DNA from: the human T2T-CHM13v2.0 reference genome, Homo sapiens
DNA: 64,000 nucleotides
Assembly: GCF_009914755.1 (NCBI RefSeq)
Contig: NC_060926.1
Strand: one strand, 5' to 3'
Of this stretch, positions 1 through 13,988 are shown in pieces. A program made the position numbers and the translations under genes. The notes under the pieces are model-generated. The model was given only the letters and a program-made list of their open reading frames with translations. It had not been told where the DNA came from and did not search any database. How positions within the stretch are numbered: the stretch's first letter is position 1; the number at the start of each line of letters is the position of its first letter.

Positions 1-109
1 ACATGAACTTTAAAAACGTGTGTTTCCTCGTCTGTGTTTAACACCCTAACGATGATCAGTTTGGGGGAGACGTACCCCTCCCTAATCACAGGTAGGACCA
101 CTTCCCAAA
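1..109 (-). other. NOL10: NOL10 3' UTR (continues beyond window)
   Basis: Lies directly after the TGA stop at 112-110 of the terminal exon. Confidence 0.9.
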
Positions 110-229
110 TCAATGAAACGACCGTCCTCTTTTGTGTCTTGACTTCAGGTGTCCGGCCGAACGACGGAGTCTTTTCCTTTCTTGTCGATGCAGTTTCTCA
201 GCCTCCTGTTGCTTCTTCTGCTGTTCAGA
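110..229 (-). CDS. NOL10: NOL10 terminal coding exon (exon 21): SEQQKKQQEAEKLHRQERKRLRRSAGHLKSRHKRGRSFH*
   Basis: Acceptor ttctcttttag|TCT, 120 nt = 39 aa + TGA; matches the recognised NOL10 C-terminus. Confidence 0.97.
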   Translation of the reverse strand, partial: SEQQKKQQEAEKLHRQERKRLRRSAGHLKSRHKRGRSFH

Positions 230-1146
230 CTAAAAGAGAAAATGAAATGAGTAGAGGGAAAGAGAGAAAATTCTATACCTCTTTTCTGGTAACCGTCAGG
301 CTGCCAACAGTACCACCACCAATCTCAGAACTGCTGCCAGGAGAAATGCTGCCCACAGGCTCCAGGGGACATGGTGGGGCTGCCTGGACTCTGCTCTGAC
401 AAATGCTACCCTGGCAGAAACAGCAGGACCAAGGCCAACTTTTACCATCAATGCAAAAGCAGAAATTCTGAACCCCAGGCAAGAGAAGGGCCCTGACAGA
501 CCAGCCTCCTACAAAGTAGGAGACTGGTTTTTCAACCAACACACTCACACAACCACTGGGATGTTTTAAAAGAGCCTACACAAGAGCCACCTTAAGAAGA
601 TGATATCACTTAGAGTGTCCACTTCCTTTTAGAGATCTTTGTTTACAAACTAGAGCCATTAGTTTATTCCCACTGTTTTTAAAAACAAAAAATACTTAAA
701 TGTACTAAAAGTACGTTATTAAAGCATTCATTCACTAGAACTTGCTCCAAAGAATTTTTAGCTGTTTCCCAAAACTCCACTTCTCCTTAAAAGCAGCAAA
801 CTGCTCTCATTAATCACTGATAAAAGCCAGGCAGACGATGCACACGTTCACAGCTGCAATAACCATGTGGACTCTCGGGCTGACTGCTGGAAAGGTGCTC
901 ACATTTGTCCTCAATGCTCATTGGCTCACATGGGAGCTGGAACTCCTCCCTACCCCATCCCTGGCGCCAAATGGTTTAACTACTTTCAGCAGAAATTCTT
1001 AGAAGAGCATCAGTGCAGAATCCACAACAAAGGTTAAGAGTTACACGGTTTTAAAAACACATTTGATGGTTTTGAAAATACAAACTCCTGAAGGTAAAGC
1101 TCAAAAAAAAAAAAATTTCTTAGCGGTGGAACTGCACACATGGTAA

Positions 1147-1553
<407 letters not shown>

Positions 1554-2404
1554 TAACAAAACACATGCATCTGTGTGTTACCCTTGAGGAGAAAGTGTCC
1601 AGTGGATTCACCTCTTGTGGATATTACCCACTCTTCTAAAATTGAAGAGTTGCAAGTGAGAGAATAGCGGGGAAGGAAAGCAATTTGTAATGTCAAAAAA
1701 AAAAAAAAAAAGGATGCATTTCTCCCATTCTAATAAGTTCTTAAACCGGGTTTCTGCATAATTCTTAAGTCCCTTCTCTGACTATTACTATTCTTCAACT
1801 GTCTTTTCAAAGTAAATCCTGTCCTGTGTATTCTTCTGAAGTGCGTCCCAAACTCCTCCACTGTGCTCCGTCTCAAAGGGTCCCACCCAAGCCCAGGCTG
1901 CTGCCGCTCCTAAGCATGGCCACCACGGAGCTGCCTTCCTCGTGCTCTGCTTCCTTTCAAATATCCCTTGAGGCAACTCTCCATGCAGCAACCGGAAGGA
2001 TTTAAAAAAAATAGAAATACTATGTCAGTTCAGTCCTGTGCTTACTGAAACTGTGCAAAGTTTGGTCCCTTACCAAACACTCTCACAGCCCTCTGCTCTC
2101 CTTTGAAGCACTTGCCGCAGTTCTAATGATATAATTAGAGGTGTATAATTTTTACCCGCTGTCTCTCTCTCCCAGTAGACTGAGAACTGTGGTGGCAAGA
2201 GCCATGTCTGTCCCTAGCATGCAGCACAGGGCAGGCATCAATACACATGCGTTAATGGAAAACTCAGAACTCCTTCTAACACTCCCTAGCTGAGCAAGTG
2301 ATGACACCACCAGGAGCCCTGTAAAGTGAACCAACACCAGTTACTCAATATTTCGATTCTTCATGTTAATCAGGGTTTAGGTTTATTTAAAAAGGGTTTC
2401 TTCA

Positions 2405-2771
<367 letters not shown>

Positions 2772-4119
2772 CTAAGTTAAGGTACCTTCATAAGTCTTCA
2801 ACATGGACATCAGTCCAAGGTTTTTCCCTTATCTGTCTGATGGCAAAAGTAATCTTCCAGAGTCACCATTTACATCTCCTGGAACACATTTTGGGAAGCT
2901 CTGCCAGACTTTCTCCACCAAGGTAGGAGCTTCAAGAGGAGCTTGTAAGCAGTGACTATTGTTCTGCAGACAAATTTCCATGCAGAAAAAGGACTATGAC
3001 TAGCCTCTCTCCCAAGGCGGCATCTGGAAGGCCTTGCCGCCATGTGGCGGATTCAGGAGGATAGGATCTATGGGCCATTAGCGCTTCTCCTGGGTGCTTC
3101 TGCCTCCTCTTCCCGACTACTTCACCACAGCCTCCAGCACTCCTGTCACAGAGGGAGGAGGAGGACAGGTGCAAACAGGCACATTTGTATCAGCAACAGT
3201 CTCAGGCTTGATGAGGAACTGTACTAAATGGCATTTTAAAATTAGATTTGTGACTGAATCCCAGTTTTGCCACTATACAATTTTAAACGACATTAAAGCA
3301 TGGATTTTCTCTCTTCAATTTTATTGAAATTTTAGGAGGTACATATGCAAACATAGGAAAAACTCAAGATTCTACCTGAGCATATCTAACATGCAGTATA
3401 AAAAGAGACTTCTATGAACAACTGCCCGAATAAGTAAAGTTTACTGTAAACTAGAACTCAAGTAAAACTGAGATTTAATAATTAAAATGTCTGTCAAGTA
3501 AGGAAACACACACATCAAACATTAATTGACACAGTCCTCAAAACAGTTTCAAAGCCTCTGCTTGATTCAGTTATGAGGCCATTTAAAGCAATTCTTAATA
3601 CTTTTTTTATAAACAAAAATATAATTTCAGAGCCATCTTATTTTCATTTTACTACAAATTTTAAACTGATCTTCAACTCAGTACCTCCCGATTTAGAAAC
3701 AGTGGGAAAAGGCTTGTATTTTCATGTTACTGCAAGGTAGGTGCTCACTCAACCCAGCAGAGGGGCCTCTGCAGGAGCTGAGGTGGCTGTGCTGCAGACC
3801 TGGGATCCTTCCAGGCTGTGCTGCTCCTGCCCCATTTGACATCACTTGAGTTTCAGAGGGAATCAACGAATGTTTCCAGGTATAAAGAAAATTGATAAGA
3901 AATTAGGAACAGGCACAATGAGGTCCCTCTGAATGTGTATTTGGCTTACGTAAGTGATAAATGTAAGAGGGCAAATTTGCTCTCAGCAGACAGAATTAAC
4001 TGAAAAGCTTTTTGCACTTAGAATAATGAAGTTTTTTATTACTTGGCAAGCCTCCTGGATGCACGTTGGGAAAATTTTAGAGAAATCAGAGATGAATGGG
4101 TACAGGATGTGATGAGGTA

Positions 4120-4925
4120 GTTCTCCAGAGATGACACACAAATGACCAATAAGCACATGATAAAATGCTCAACTCATTAGTCATTAGGGACCTGCAAATC
4201 AAACAACACACCACTCACACCCACTAGCATGGCTATAATAAAGATGACCGACAGAGACAGGTTTGGTGTGGATGTGGAAAACCTGCAACCCTCATACGCT
4301 GCTTGGTGGGAATGTAAAATGGTGCAGCCACTGTCAGAAAACAGTCTGACAGGTTTCTCAAAAAGTTAAATAGCTACACTAGCAATTCTGCTCCTAGGTA
4401 TAGACCCAAGATAAATAAAAACACATGTTCATGCAAAAATTTATACATTCATTTTCACAGCCAATTATTAATCGCTTACCCCAAAAGAACACAACCCGTG
4501 TCCCTTAAAAAACGAATGAATAGCAAAATGTGTTATATACGTACAATGGTATATTATTGAGCCATAAAAAGAAATGCAATTCCAATGCAAGCTACACCAC
4601 TGAATGAATAAACCTTGAAAACATTATGCTCAGTGAAAGAAGCCAGCTATGAAAGACTTCACATTGAATGATTCCATTTGTATGAAATGCCCGGAACAGG
4701 CAAAGCTATGGAGACAGGAAGTAGATTAGTGGTTGCCAGGGGCTGGCGGATGAAAAGATGGGGGTAAATGCTAAAGGGTATAGGGCTTCTTTCTGGGGTG
4801 ATGAAAATGTTCTGGAATTACACAGTGTGATGGTTGCCCAACTCAGTGAATACACTAAGAACCACTGAATTGTACACTTTAAAAGGATGCATATGGTCTG
4901 TGAATTATATCTCAATTTTAAAAAA
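4120..4925 (+). mobile_element. L1M (L1MB-like) 3' fragment
   Basis: ORF2-end/3'UTR motifs (gggaatgtaaaatggtgcagccact; ggggtgatgaaaatgttctggaatta; gaattatatctcaat + A run). Confidence 0.85.
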
Positions 4926-5284
4926 GAATAATCTCCCTACTACTGCTTAAGGAAAAAAAAAGGGATGAAATCTTTGTCATTCTGTTCTATTTGGTGACTA
5001 TATTGAAGAGGACTGACTTTGAATGAGAAAAAAATTTTTTGAGAAATAAAACTGTATCCAGTTAACAGTAAATATTTAAGCAGCTTACTCCTCCTACAAT
5101 GTGACAGGTATTATTACCACTGGCTAAAAAAAATGGATCTTATAAATCAATTTAGAATAGAATGACCACGGGCAGAGTAGTCTGTCTTCTAAAATGATAG
5201 TATCTGGGCAAGCTGGGTGTGACTGTCACAAGTTATCAGAACTCGCCAATTCCCGGTCTTCTTCAAAGTCCATATACATGCGAG

Positions 5285-5347
5285 GTAGCCCTACATCCTC
5301 AGAGGGTCAGGATGTAGTAGCCCTACATCTTTAGAGGGTCAGGATGG
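5285..5347. repeat. 32-bp tandem duplication containing a 9-bp inverted repeat
   Basis: gtagccctacatc(ct/tt)..agagggtcaggatg at 5285 and 5317. Confidence 0.9.
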
Positions 5348-5674
5348 GACTTTTGCTTTATAAGCCGCACCTGAGGCTACAGAGCAATCCAGAAACCAAG
5401 ACGGCTGGTTCATCTCCAACAGAGCTAACTCCAGGGCCACTAACTCCCTGTCTCCCTTGGAACACCAGTGACATTCCTGGCTCTGCTGCAGTCACACACT
5501 GTGCTCTTGGCCCACCAGGGGCTCTGGTTGCAAGGAAAATGTTAGAACAGGGAACACAGCTTCCTCAATAGGGGAAAAGCATTGAGAAGGCTGCTCTGAG
5601 GACACACACACAAACACTATTGAAAGGCTATTTTTCTTTTGTGAATTAAAAAATAACAATAAAAGACAACTCAC

Positions 5675-5777
5675 CCTCTTTAACGTGAATGTCAATTGTT
5701 TGCTGCCAACGGTGGTGTCGGATACACTCAATGTCCCATTTTTTGCTTCAATTTTCAAACGATCTTCAAGGGTTTTG
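5675..5777 (-). CDS. NOL10: NOL10 exon 20: (N)KTLEDRLKIEAKNGTLSVSDTTVGSKQLTFTLKR
   Basis: cccatag|C acceptor, AGG|gtgagt donor, 103 nt, phase 2 to 0; overlaps ORF 5492..5758. Confidence 0.97.
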
Positions 5778-7756
5778 CTATGGGAAATTCAAAAGAATGC
5801 CACATTAATCAAAATTATGTTTTAATTTACCATTTGAAACAAGTTTTGATTAGAATTGATAGCGAAGAAAAATGTTTACACATGTAAACAGAAAATATCA
5901 TTCATTTAACACAATAAATGGAAAGAATTAGGTGCATTCAAATAGTCATTATTCATATTCCAGAGATAGACTGTAAAACAATGGCTGGCAAAAACACCCA
6001 CTAATTTAATATCTTAAGTGGCAGGACCAAACACTTCAATGCCTGCTACTTTTCTTACTAAAATCAATCATATTTCTGAAGACCAAATGCAAAGAGCAAT
6101 CTACTCCTGAAGCCTGTAATTGATCATAATGGTCAATGGCATTTATGATATAATGATATATTTAAACAATACACAAATTAGGTATGTGAGTAATTTGGCC
6201 ACTCGTCCACCTTTTACAAAGGAATGAGCACAAATTAAGTCCTCCAGGTCAAGCCACAGAGAAGAGCTATGATAATTCTCGTTTTTCCTTCACTCAGTCT
6301 TAACTCCGTAGACTGCAAGCCATCATCCCACAGCATGAACAGCTTGAAACATGAATCTGTCTGATGACGCTGAGAGAAAACAAAAGCAATTACACTTTGG
6401 GTAACTGTACCTGATTCAGCTCTAGCCACTGCTATCTCTCCAGGTACCTTTCCTTTTAGTTTCTTACTTGACTTACTCTTTCTGACATACTTTATTCCAA
6501 ATTTAAATCTCATTTCATTTCTTGATCACATTTTCCAAATTTTTCTAGGCTCTCTTTATATAATCTGTGTCTCTGTTACAGTCTGCTGTGCCCTGCATTT
6601 CACTGTCATCTGTGTAATTAACACAATCCCCCTCTGCTTTCCAATAAAGAGGTTAAGTTTGAATTTTGTACCCATTATAAAATGAAACTTCACTGCAAGT
6701 TATAATGTTTTATTATAAACTAGAACACTGGCCCTTTTTGTTAACTTGGTTTAGAGGGAAATAAACTGAATTAAGCCTAATGATATATATTTTCAGTAAG
6801 TTTAAACAGTTACTCTAACTTTTCTAGAAATGGCTAAAGCAATAGATTCCTATCCCCCTGATAAGATTGAGAGAGATGCGAGGGAAGACAAAGAATATGG
6901 TTCTCTTCTATTCTGTTCCCTCCTCAAAAATAGTATACTGTCTCCTGTCCTCCCTGCCCCAGATCAAATTCAATGCAGCCCTTTAAAGTGATGGCTAAGA
7001 AACCTGACTGAAGAAAGAAAAAGGCTGAACTGTGTGAAAGAGTCTTTTTTTCCCTGAAATATGATCTTTGTAACTAATTACTGAGAGCACAGCTCCTAAA
7101 TGATCCTTAAGACAAAGTGATGCTTCTTTGAAATTCTGAAGCTAATGTTTGATGCTCACACCATGTGAAATTTATCTCTAGTTTACAACTCGTAGTAATG
7201 TACTAAACATACCTTCTTTATATAATTTGAGACATAAAGTGGTTAGCATAAAAGTGGCACTCTTTTCTAAGCAATAATGTTATTAAGAAGCACTTTTAAA
7301 GTACTTTTCATCTTCAAAGTTATTTATAGACTAACTAATTAATCCTTTCAACATCCCTGAGACAGAAGTATTTATCCTTTATAGATGGCAAAAAAGGGAG
7401 GTAAGATGTGAAATGACTTGCTGCAGGCCACGTAAGGATTCAGTTCTAAGCAGGATTCCAATTTCAGAATTGCTGGTTTCCAGGCAAGTGTCAGGCCATA
7501 CTTGATTTACACAGTTTTGTTCAGGAAACTTGTCCATTAAGTATTCTCAATGACAAGCTTCCACATGACAAACGGAATGAAATGAAGATTTCGGTTAGCT
7601 TTTTTTTTTTTTTTCCGAACAATTCAAAAGTGAAGTGTAAACGGACTCTGGCATGCATGTGAATTATGTGAGCCTCAGCAAATCCCTCAACCTGTTCATG
7701 TCATTCTTCTTCTTTCTTTTCATAGCTATAAACTCTGAGGTTTCAAAGTTAACAGG

Positions 7757-7829
7757 GCTGCTGTGCCTATGGAGTAGCCATTCTTTTATTCCTTTACTTT
7801 CTTAATAAACTTGCTTTCACTTAAAAAAA
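7757..7829 (+). mobile_element. Polyadenylated retrocopy of an ERV1 LTR R region (MER41-like)
   Basis: ctatggagtagccattcttttattcctttactttcttAATAAActtgctttcactt + A tail; TSD aaagttaacagg at 7745-7756 and 7830-7841. Confidence 0.85.
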
Positions 7830-9583
7830 AAAGTTAACAGGAATTCTGAATAACTATGGAACCACTGAGAGAAGATGGTATACAGAAAACACTAATTTAG
7901 GAAGAAAAAGACTTTGCCAGTAAATTGTGAGCAATTATTACTCTGTTAAGAATGACCTTACTTCCTCCATGATAGGGCATACACATTCTGGGGTTTCTCT
8001 CAATGTACTTTCAATGTGCACTTGTAAAAACTTGTTCTGTCTAGGCTATTTGGAAAGACAAGCTGAGTTTTGGAACAAACCATGGCAGAAGATCAGACAC
8101 AGACAGAGACCGTGTGTGGAGGTTTCTACATTAAAGAAGTTCCACTTCCCTCCCTTTGAAAGTCAGTTTACTGAAAGCGTTTGCTAACCCAGCAGTTCCA
8201 CAGCCTGCTTCTTGAGTGTGACTTCGGTCAGAGATGACCTAAGTAGACACTGCTGTAGGAACACCTGAAAATTCCTTATTGAACAGAAAAACAAAAGGCA
8301 GAACACCACACTGCATGCGCTTCTCAGCATGTTTCTTCCAGGACACTGGCAGGTGGCAGAGGAGGATGGCAGAATTGGCCTTTCCCTCCCCCTCCTCTCC
8401 CCTCCCCCGCTCCCTGCCCCGCCCCTGCTTCTTTTCCCTGCCTAGGCTTTACTTTAGGTCTGACAGCCATGGGGGACTTTTTCACTGGTGTATAGTAAAG
8501 GATTCTAGGGGAAAATCTAATTGGAACAAGCAGATAAAAACAATCCCCAAACTTGTGATTGCTAAGAAAATAGATACAGGCTTTACAATGTTGAAAGTGG
8601 GTAGAATTACTCAGTGTAGAATGCAGAAGGCTCCCAGGGGAAGAACCTAAATTATTAGTAAATTTATCTTAAAATAAAAAGGAAAGTGGGCAGAAACTAC
8701 TAGGAAGAAAATCAAATTAAATATTTAGATGCACCAGGGAGGCTAATTTACTTTGGGGTTTTAAAATACGAACACACGCGCACACACACATATTTAATTA
8801 AAACTCAATGCTCCTCAGATGAGAGGTTTTGAATCCCGCTGCATGGAAGGGGCGGTGTGGGGGTGGAGGTCATATTCATAAAGGCATGTGCTTCAGGACA
8901 AAATTGAGAAGAGTTAATTAACTCTAATTAAAGGAGCCCTCACTCCATAGTCTACACCGGAGGGAATAAACTAGAAAATGGAGAAAGAGAATCCACAGAT
9001 AAAGGATTAAGTATTTTTTAAATTTAATTTTAAGTACTTTGCTTTAAATAACTACCTTTGACAAATATTTACATATGCCATAAGGTTTAGTAAAAACTTT
9101 ATTTGAATGCTTTCCGTTTCCATGTGTTGCTTCAAAGGCCCTATTTCAAGAGACTTAAACTCAGGCAACCACGAAATCTGATGCCTCATCTATAGGCATA
9201 ACGAAGATGTAAAAGATTCTTAATATCCGGCGTTGCTGGAGTGTGGGGAAACAGGCGCTCTGGCCAGAGTGCAAAGTGCTCAAGCCTTTTTGGAGGGTGA
9301 TCTGGCAGTCTCTTATCGCATACCCCCGCTGATCCAGCAAACTCCTACTAGGAATACGCTTTAAAGAAATACTTGTCCGTGTGCATACACACATTTGCGA
9401 CTGTGAAAGGGGAAAGAGAAAAAGCAGCAACCTCAACACCCATCGTCAGAGAACAACATACATCCCAGCACACCCACCTTATGAAGTATTTATGCAGCCA
9501 GAAGGTAAGCCTACTGTACGTACAAAGAAACGTTTCCAAGACTTGCTGCTAAACAAAAAGAGCAAGTTAAAACAGTATAATTA

Positions 9584-9867
9584 GGCTGGGCACAGTGGCT
9601 CATGCCTGCAATTCCAGCATTTTGGGAGGCTGAGGCAGGAGGATGTTGTGAGGCCAGAAGTTCAACACCAGTCTGGGCAACAAAATGAGACCCCATCTGG
9701 ACAAAAAATTTAACAATTAGCCGCATGTGGTGGCCTGTAGTCGCAGCTACTCAGGAGGGTGAGGTGGGAGGATCATTTGAGCCCAGCAGGTCGAGGCTGC
9801 AGTGAACCATGATTGCGCCTCTGCACTCCAGCCTGGGCGACAGTGTGAGACCCATCTCAAAAAATAA
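9584..9867 (+). mobile_element. AluJ-like, inside degraded L1M remnants (~9160-9900)
   Basis: Alu dimer with ggtcgaggctgcagtg AluJ diagnostic. Confidence 0.9.
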
Positions 9868-10699
9868 CATGAGGAGTATGAACCATTCATGTTAAAGAAA
9901 AAAAGCTACAGGTATAGATGTGTGAGTGTGAACACATACGGGAATGAATGCATTTTTTAAAAGAGAGAAGTGTGGTGCACACACAGCCATGACCTCAGGG
10001 AGGGAGGTGGGGGACAGGAGAGGCTTTAACCTTCAGCCCACACTCTTAAGTGTTACAATGATAACATGCCTACATAGTACTGAGGACGTATTCCTTGAGT
10101 AATACAAGATTCTCTTTTTAAAAATGTAAGCCTGGAATTTAATTACTTTCCAGATTAGATTTTTAAATGCTTATATTAAAACAAAGCTGCATTACCTCAG
10201 CTCTTATCCACTATCAGAGGAATGTGAGCTGAAGAGTAAAAACATGCCATATTAATTCACAAAGTGGATAATGTTGCAGACACGATAAAAAGCTCACCCA
10301 AAGCTACCAAGCTACCCGGTGAAGAAGATGAGCTCCCCAAAGGCAGGGACTGTCTTAAACATCTTTGAATTTCTAGGACCTACCACAGGGCAGGTACTTC
10401 AAAGAATGCTTTCATAAATGGAACTGAAAGGCTGCCTGGCAGCTAATATTGACTACCCAAGGAGAGAAGTTATCCCCATCTACTGAAACGTGGAGAGTTT
10501 TCATTCTAAGGACTCTCTTTCTCCACTGTTCACCAACACACACAGCTCCACTCCTATACCTTGCAGGTCATGGCTGCTCCAGATACCAGAAAAGGCTGAT
10601 GTGCCCAGATTCCTGAGGCCAACAAGCATGGCCTTCCCAATCTTTCTACCTCTAACCAGAATGATGTCCCCTATGTTCACGCATCTGGACTTCTTTCCT

Positions 10700-12370
10700 C
10701 CATGTCTCTGAGGATGCATACCTTGTCTTTTCTGAGGCTCTCCTTACCTGGTACTCGGGCCCACTGCCACCCAGTTCCTTACCAGATGCCACTTTATCAA
10801 CTGACTCAATTCTCTCCATTCCTTACTACCCACTTTCTGTGGCTGAGTCTTCTCTGCCTACTAACAAATCACATCTCTCAAGTCTATAAACCGCTTTCCA
10901 TCAAGTTATTGGCTTTCATCCCTTTCTTTCACTACCAAACTTCTTGAAAGACTCACCGACACTAACTGTTTACTGTGTTTTCTATCTCCCAGTCACTTGT
11001 GTCTCTATTGCAGTTGGCCACTTGGCAGGACTGAGAAACGAGTGCCAGTGAGGCCATCCGCATACTGGCCTTTTCCCAGCCTTCATTCCTGGGCCTCTCT
11101 ACTCCGATGGGTGTCAGGACCACTCCCTTCCCTGAGACACGCTCCAGGTTTGGCCCTTTCCAGTTTTCCTCTCAGCTTGTTGACAACTCCAGTATCTTTA
11201 CTGTCCATCTTCTCCTCTGTCTGCTTTCTAACAGAATTTTTAGTTCTAGGCAATCAGTACATCTGTGAATTCTCTAAAATTCTATGTAAATACATCACAG
11301 GCATTTGTATTTTTCTCTAGAGAGGTGTATGGTATGGATTTTATCACAGATTCAAGTAAAATATTTGTTTTTCCCCAAGCTTCCATTCTTAGCCCTAATC
11401 TTACTTTATACAATGACGCTAAATCTCTTTTCATTCGTGATCTTGACCACACAATAAACGCTGGTATCTCTCAAACTGACATCTCCAGCCTCCTCTTCCT
11501 GGGCCCGATGGACACTGCCATTGGTTTACTGAATGTGACACAGAAGACGCATGGGCTCCTTTATTTAATGTGCACAAAACCCAGCTCATTACTTTTAGCC
11601 TTAAACCTATTTTGCATTCTGTATTTTTTACCTCAATGGCAACATTACTAGACATCTCTACGTCATCCCTGACTATTCCCTTCTCCTTTGATATTATTAG
11701 GAACTGATGGTGGAGTTTGTGCTCCTTTTTCTTTCTCACTCTTAGTCTTCTGGTCTGTCTGCTCCTCTCCACCCCATCGTTCAGGCCTGTGGCCCTTCTA
11801 ACTGGGATGATTCTAATGGTTTGAGAGCTGGTCTCTGGGTGTCCAGGTTCTCCGCACATTGTCTTTCTAAAATGGAGATATTCTGCTAATGGGTTTCTGG
11901 GAATAGGGACTTTTTATGCCTATGTTTTTATTTGCTACAACAAACATGCACTGCTTTTATTACAAAAGTATTTACAACACTAGGGGAGGGGTTGGAATAG
12001 ATTGGATCCCATTCATCTAAGCTGTAAGATCGTGGCTTTCCAGTGCTTGCTCGGCTACCCCTTCAGGCACCCCATGCTCTGGCTGTAGGAAGGCACCCCC
12101 AACCCTTCGCATGGCCTGCCTGTGGCTGCACCGTGCCTCTGCCAGGAATGCTATCTTTCCCACCAGCCCTGAATGCTCCACTCTGCATCTTTCCACAACC
12201 AGTTTCCATATGATTTCAAGGCTCCCCAAATTCAGCTCCTTCCTTCTTATGCTCCTTTCCCATGAGCGCTTCAGGTACGCAGGCCATGTCGTTCTTCCCA
12301 TCCCCTGGGTCTAGAATGCTGGTATGCTCGCACTGAGCAGTTGATAAATGCTTGATGAATGAATGGGTGG
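10700..12370 (+). mobile_element. Degraded L2 fragments
   Basis: CT-rich L2-like sequence ending in the tail motif gttgataaatgcttgatgaatgaatg (~12340-12365). Confidence 0.55.
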
Positions 12371-12743
12371 TGGAGAGGCTGATAAGTGGATGAACAGACT
12401 CACAAACAAAGTTAGCCCACTGTAAGGCATAAAAATATGTGTCAACAGACACACGTGTTTATCTAAAGCCATATGACCACACCAAGCAACGCAGACAGCT
12501 CACTCAAGTCTCCAGCTACCATTCACGATCCACCTTTCCCTTTATAGAAACATTTTAAAGCTAGGCAAGTCCAAGTGAACATTTAAATATAACACATTCA
12601 ATCTGATGTTGTCTCTTGTTGACTGGCTTGCGGTAACTTGCAGAATAAACATACAGAGTCACTTTAGTTCTCTGAAGGATCGTGGTTTAATGCTTCACCA
12701 AATACTCATGTAAATATTATCACTTATATAGTTCTCAAAAAGG

Positions 12744-12881
12744 ATGTTTAACTTAGTGATATTTAACTTAGTAAGAATGTTTAACTTGGTGATATTTAAC
12801 TTAGTAAGAATGTTTAACTTGGTTATATTTAACTTAGTAAGAATGTTTAACTTGGTGATATTTAACTTAGAATGTTTAACT
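12744..12881. repeat. 33-bp minisatellite, ~4.2 copies, built from 16/17-bp subunits
   Basis: atgtttaacttggtgatatttaacttagtaaga at 12744, 12777, 12810, 12843. Confidence 0.97.
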
Positions 12882-13658
12882 GCAGTTTATTCACCTCGCT
12901 ATGGGTTATTCTTAGATACAAATTTTTATCCTCTTTGTTTTATACCTCCATATCCTACTACAGCCCCCAGGCAAAAGGAAGAATGTTAGAGAGATTAGTC
13001 AGACCGCCTACCCCCAAATCACAGCCTCCTGTTGCTGTGGTTACACTCAAAACAACTGCTCCCAGATTTTCCTGGTCAATGGCTATGGGGAAAAGGAGTC
13101 CTTTCTCAGCAGATCTTGAAGGAGTAACTTCTGAGTTGCCTGATGTGTTGTCATGGCAAAAAAGATTCACAGTTTCAGCAAGTATTTCTCAAGTGCCCAC
13201 TCTATTCTAAGTACTTATTCAAGAGCCAGAGATAAAGCAGTAAATAGAGCAAGACAAAAACAGCATATACTCAACAAATAAACTTACTCCACAGAACCAG
13301 AACAGCACAAACCAAGCAGGACTCCCAGTAAAACACCTACACATAACAGCTGTATAAAAAGTGAGGCTGCACACGCTGCTGGAGAATGTAAAATGGCACA
13401 GCCTGTGGACAAGTTTGCCGGTTTCTGAAAAGGCTAAACATAGAGTTACTATATGACCAGCAATTTCTTCCAATTCTTGCACATAGATGAAAACATATGC
13501 AAAACACATGTAAAACTGTATAAACCAATGTTCATAGCAGCATTATTCATAATAGCCAAAAAGTGGAAACTACCCAGATGTCCATTAACTGACGAAGGGA
13601 TATAAACTGGTCTATACATACACTGGAATATTACTTGGTAATAAAAACAAATGGAGTG

Positions 13659-13988
13659 GAGTTGTCCCTTGGTATCCGCTGGGGAATTGGTTCCAGGACC
13701 TCCCTTGGATACTAAAATCCATGGATGCTCAAGTTGTATAAAATGGTGTGGTTATTTCCATATAACCTGTGCACACCCTCTCCTATATGTTAAATTATCT
13801 GTAGATTACTTATAATACCTAATACAATGTAAATGCTACATGCATAGTTGTTATACTATTGTTTAGGGAATAAAGTCAAGAAAAAAGTCTGTACACGTTC
13901 AGTACAGTTACAAATTTTTTCTGAATATTTTCAGCCCATATTGGTTGAATTTATGGATAAGGAACCCTTGGATACAGAGGGCTGACTA
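13659..13988 (+). mobile_element. MER2 (TcMar-Tigger MITE)
   Basis: TIRs agttgtcccttggtatcc / ggatacagagggctgact; internal ggttccaggacc..ggatactaaaatccatggatgctcaagt. Confidence 0.88.

Noticed and set aside
34-399. 121-aa ORF antisense to the last exon
   Set aside because: GTG start, shadow of the NOL10 exon, no recognisable protein
8226-8240. GGTCA-gaga-TGACC as an oestrogen response element
   Set aside because: Spacer is 4 nt rather than the required 3
13022-13035. cagcctcctgttgct match to the terminal exon (199-213)
   Set aside because: Only ~15 bp with no extension; compatible with chance
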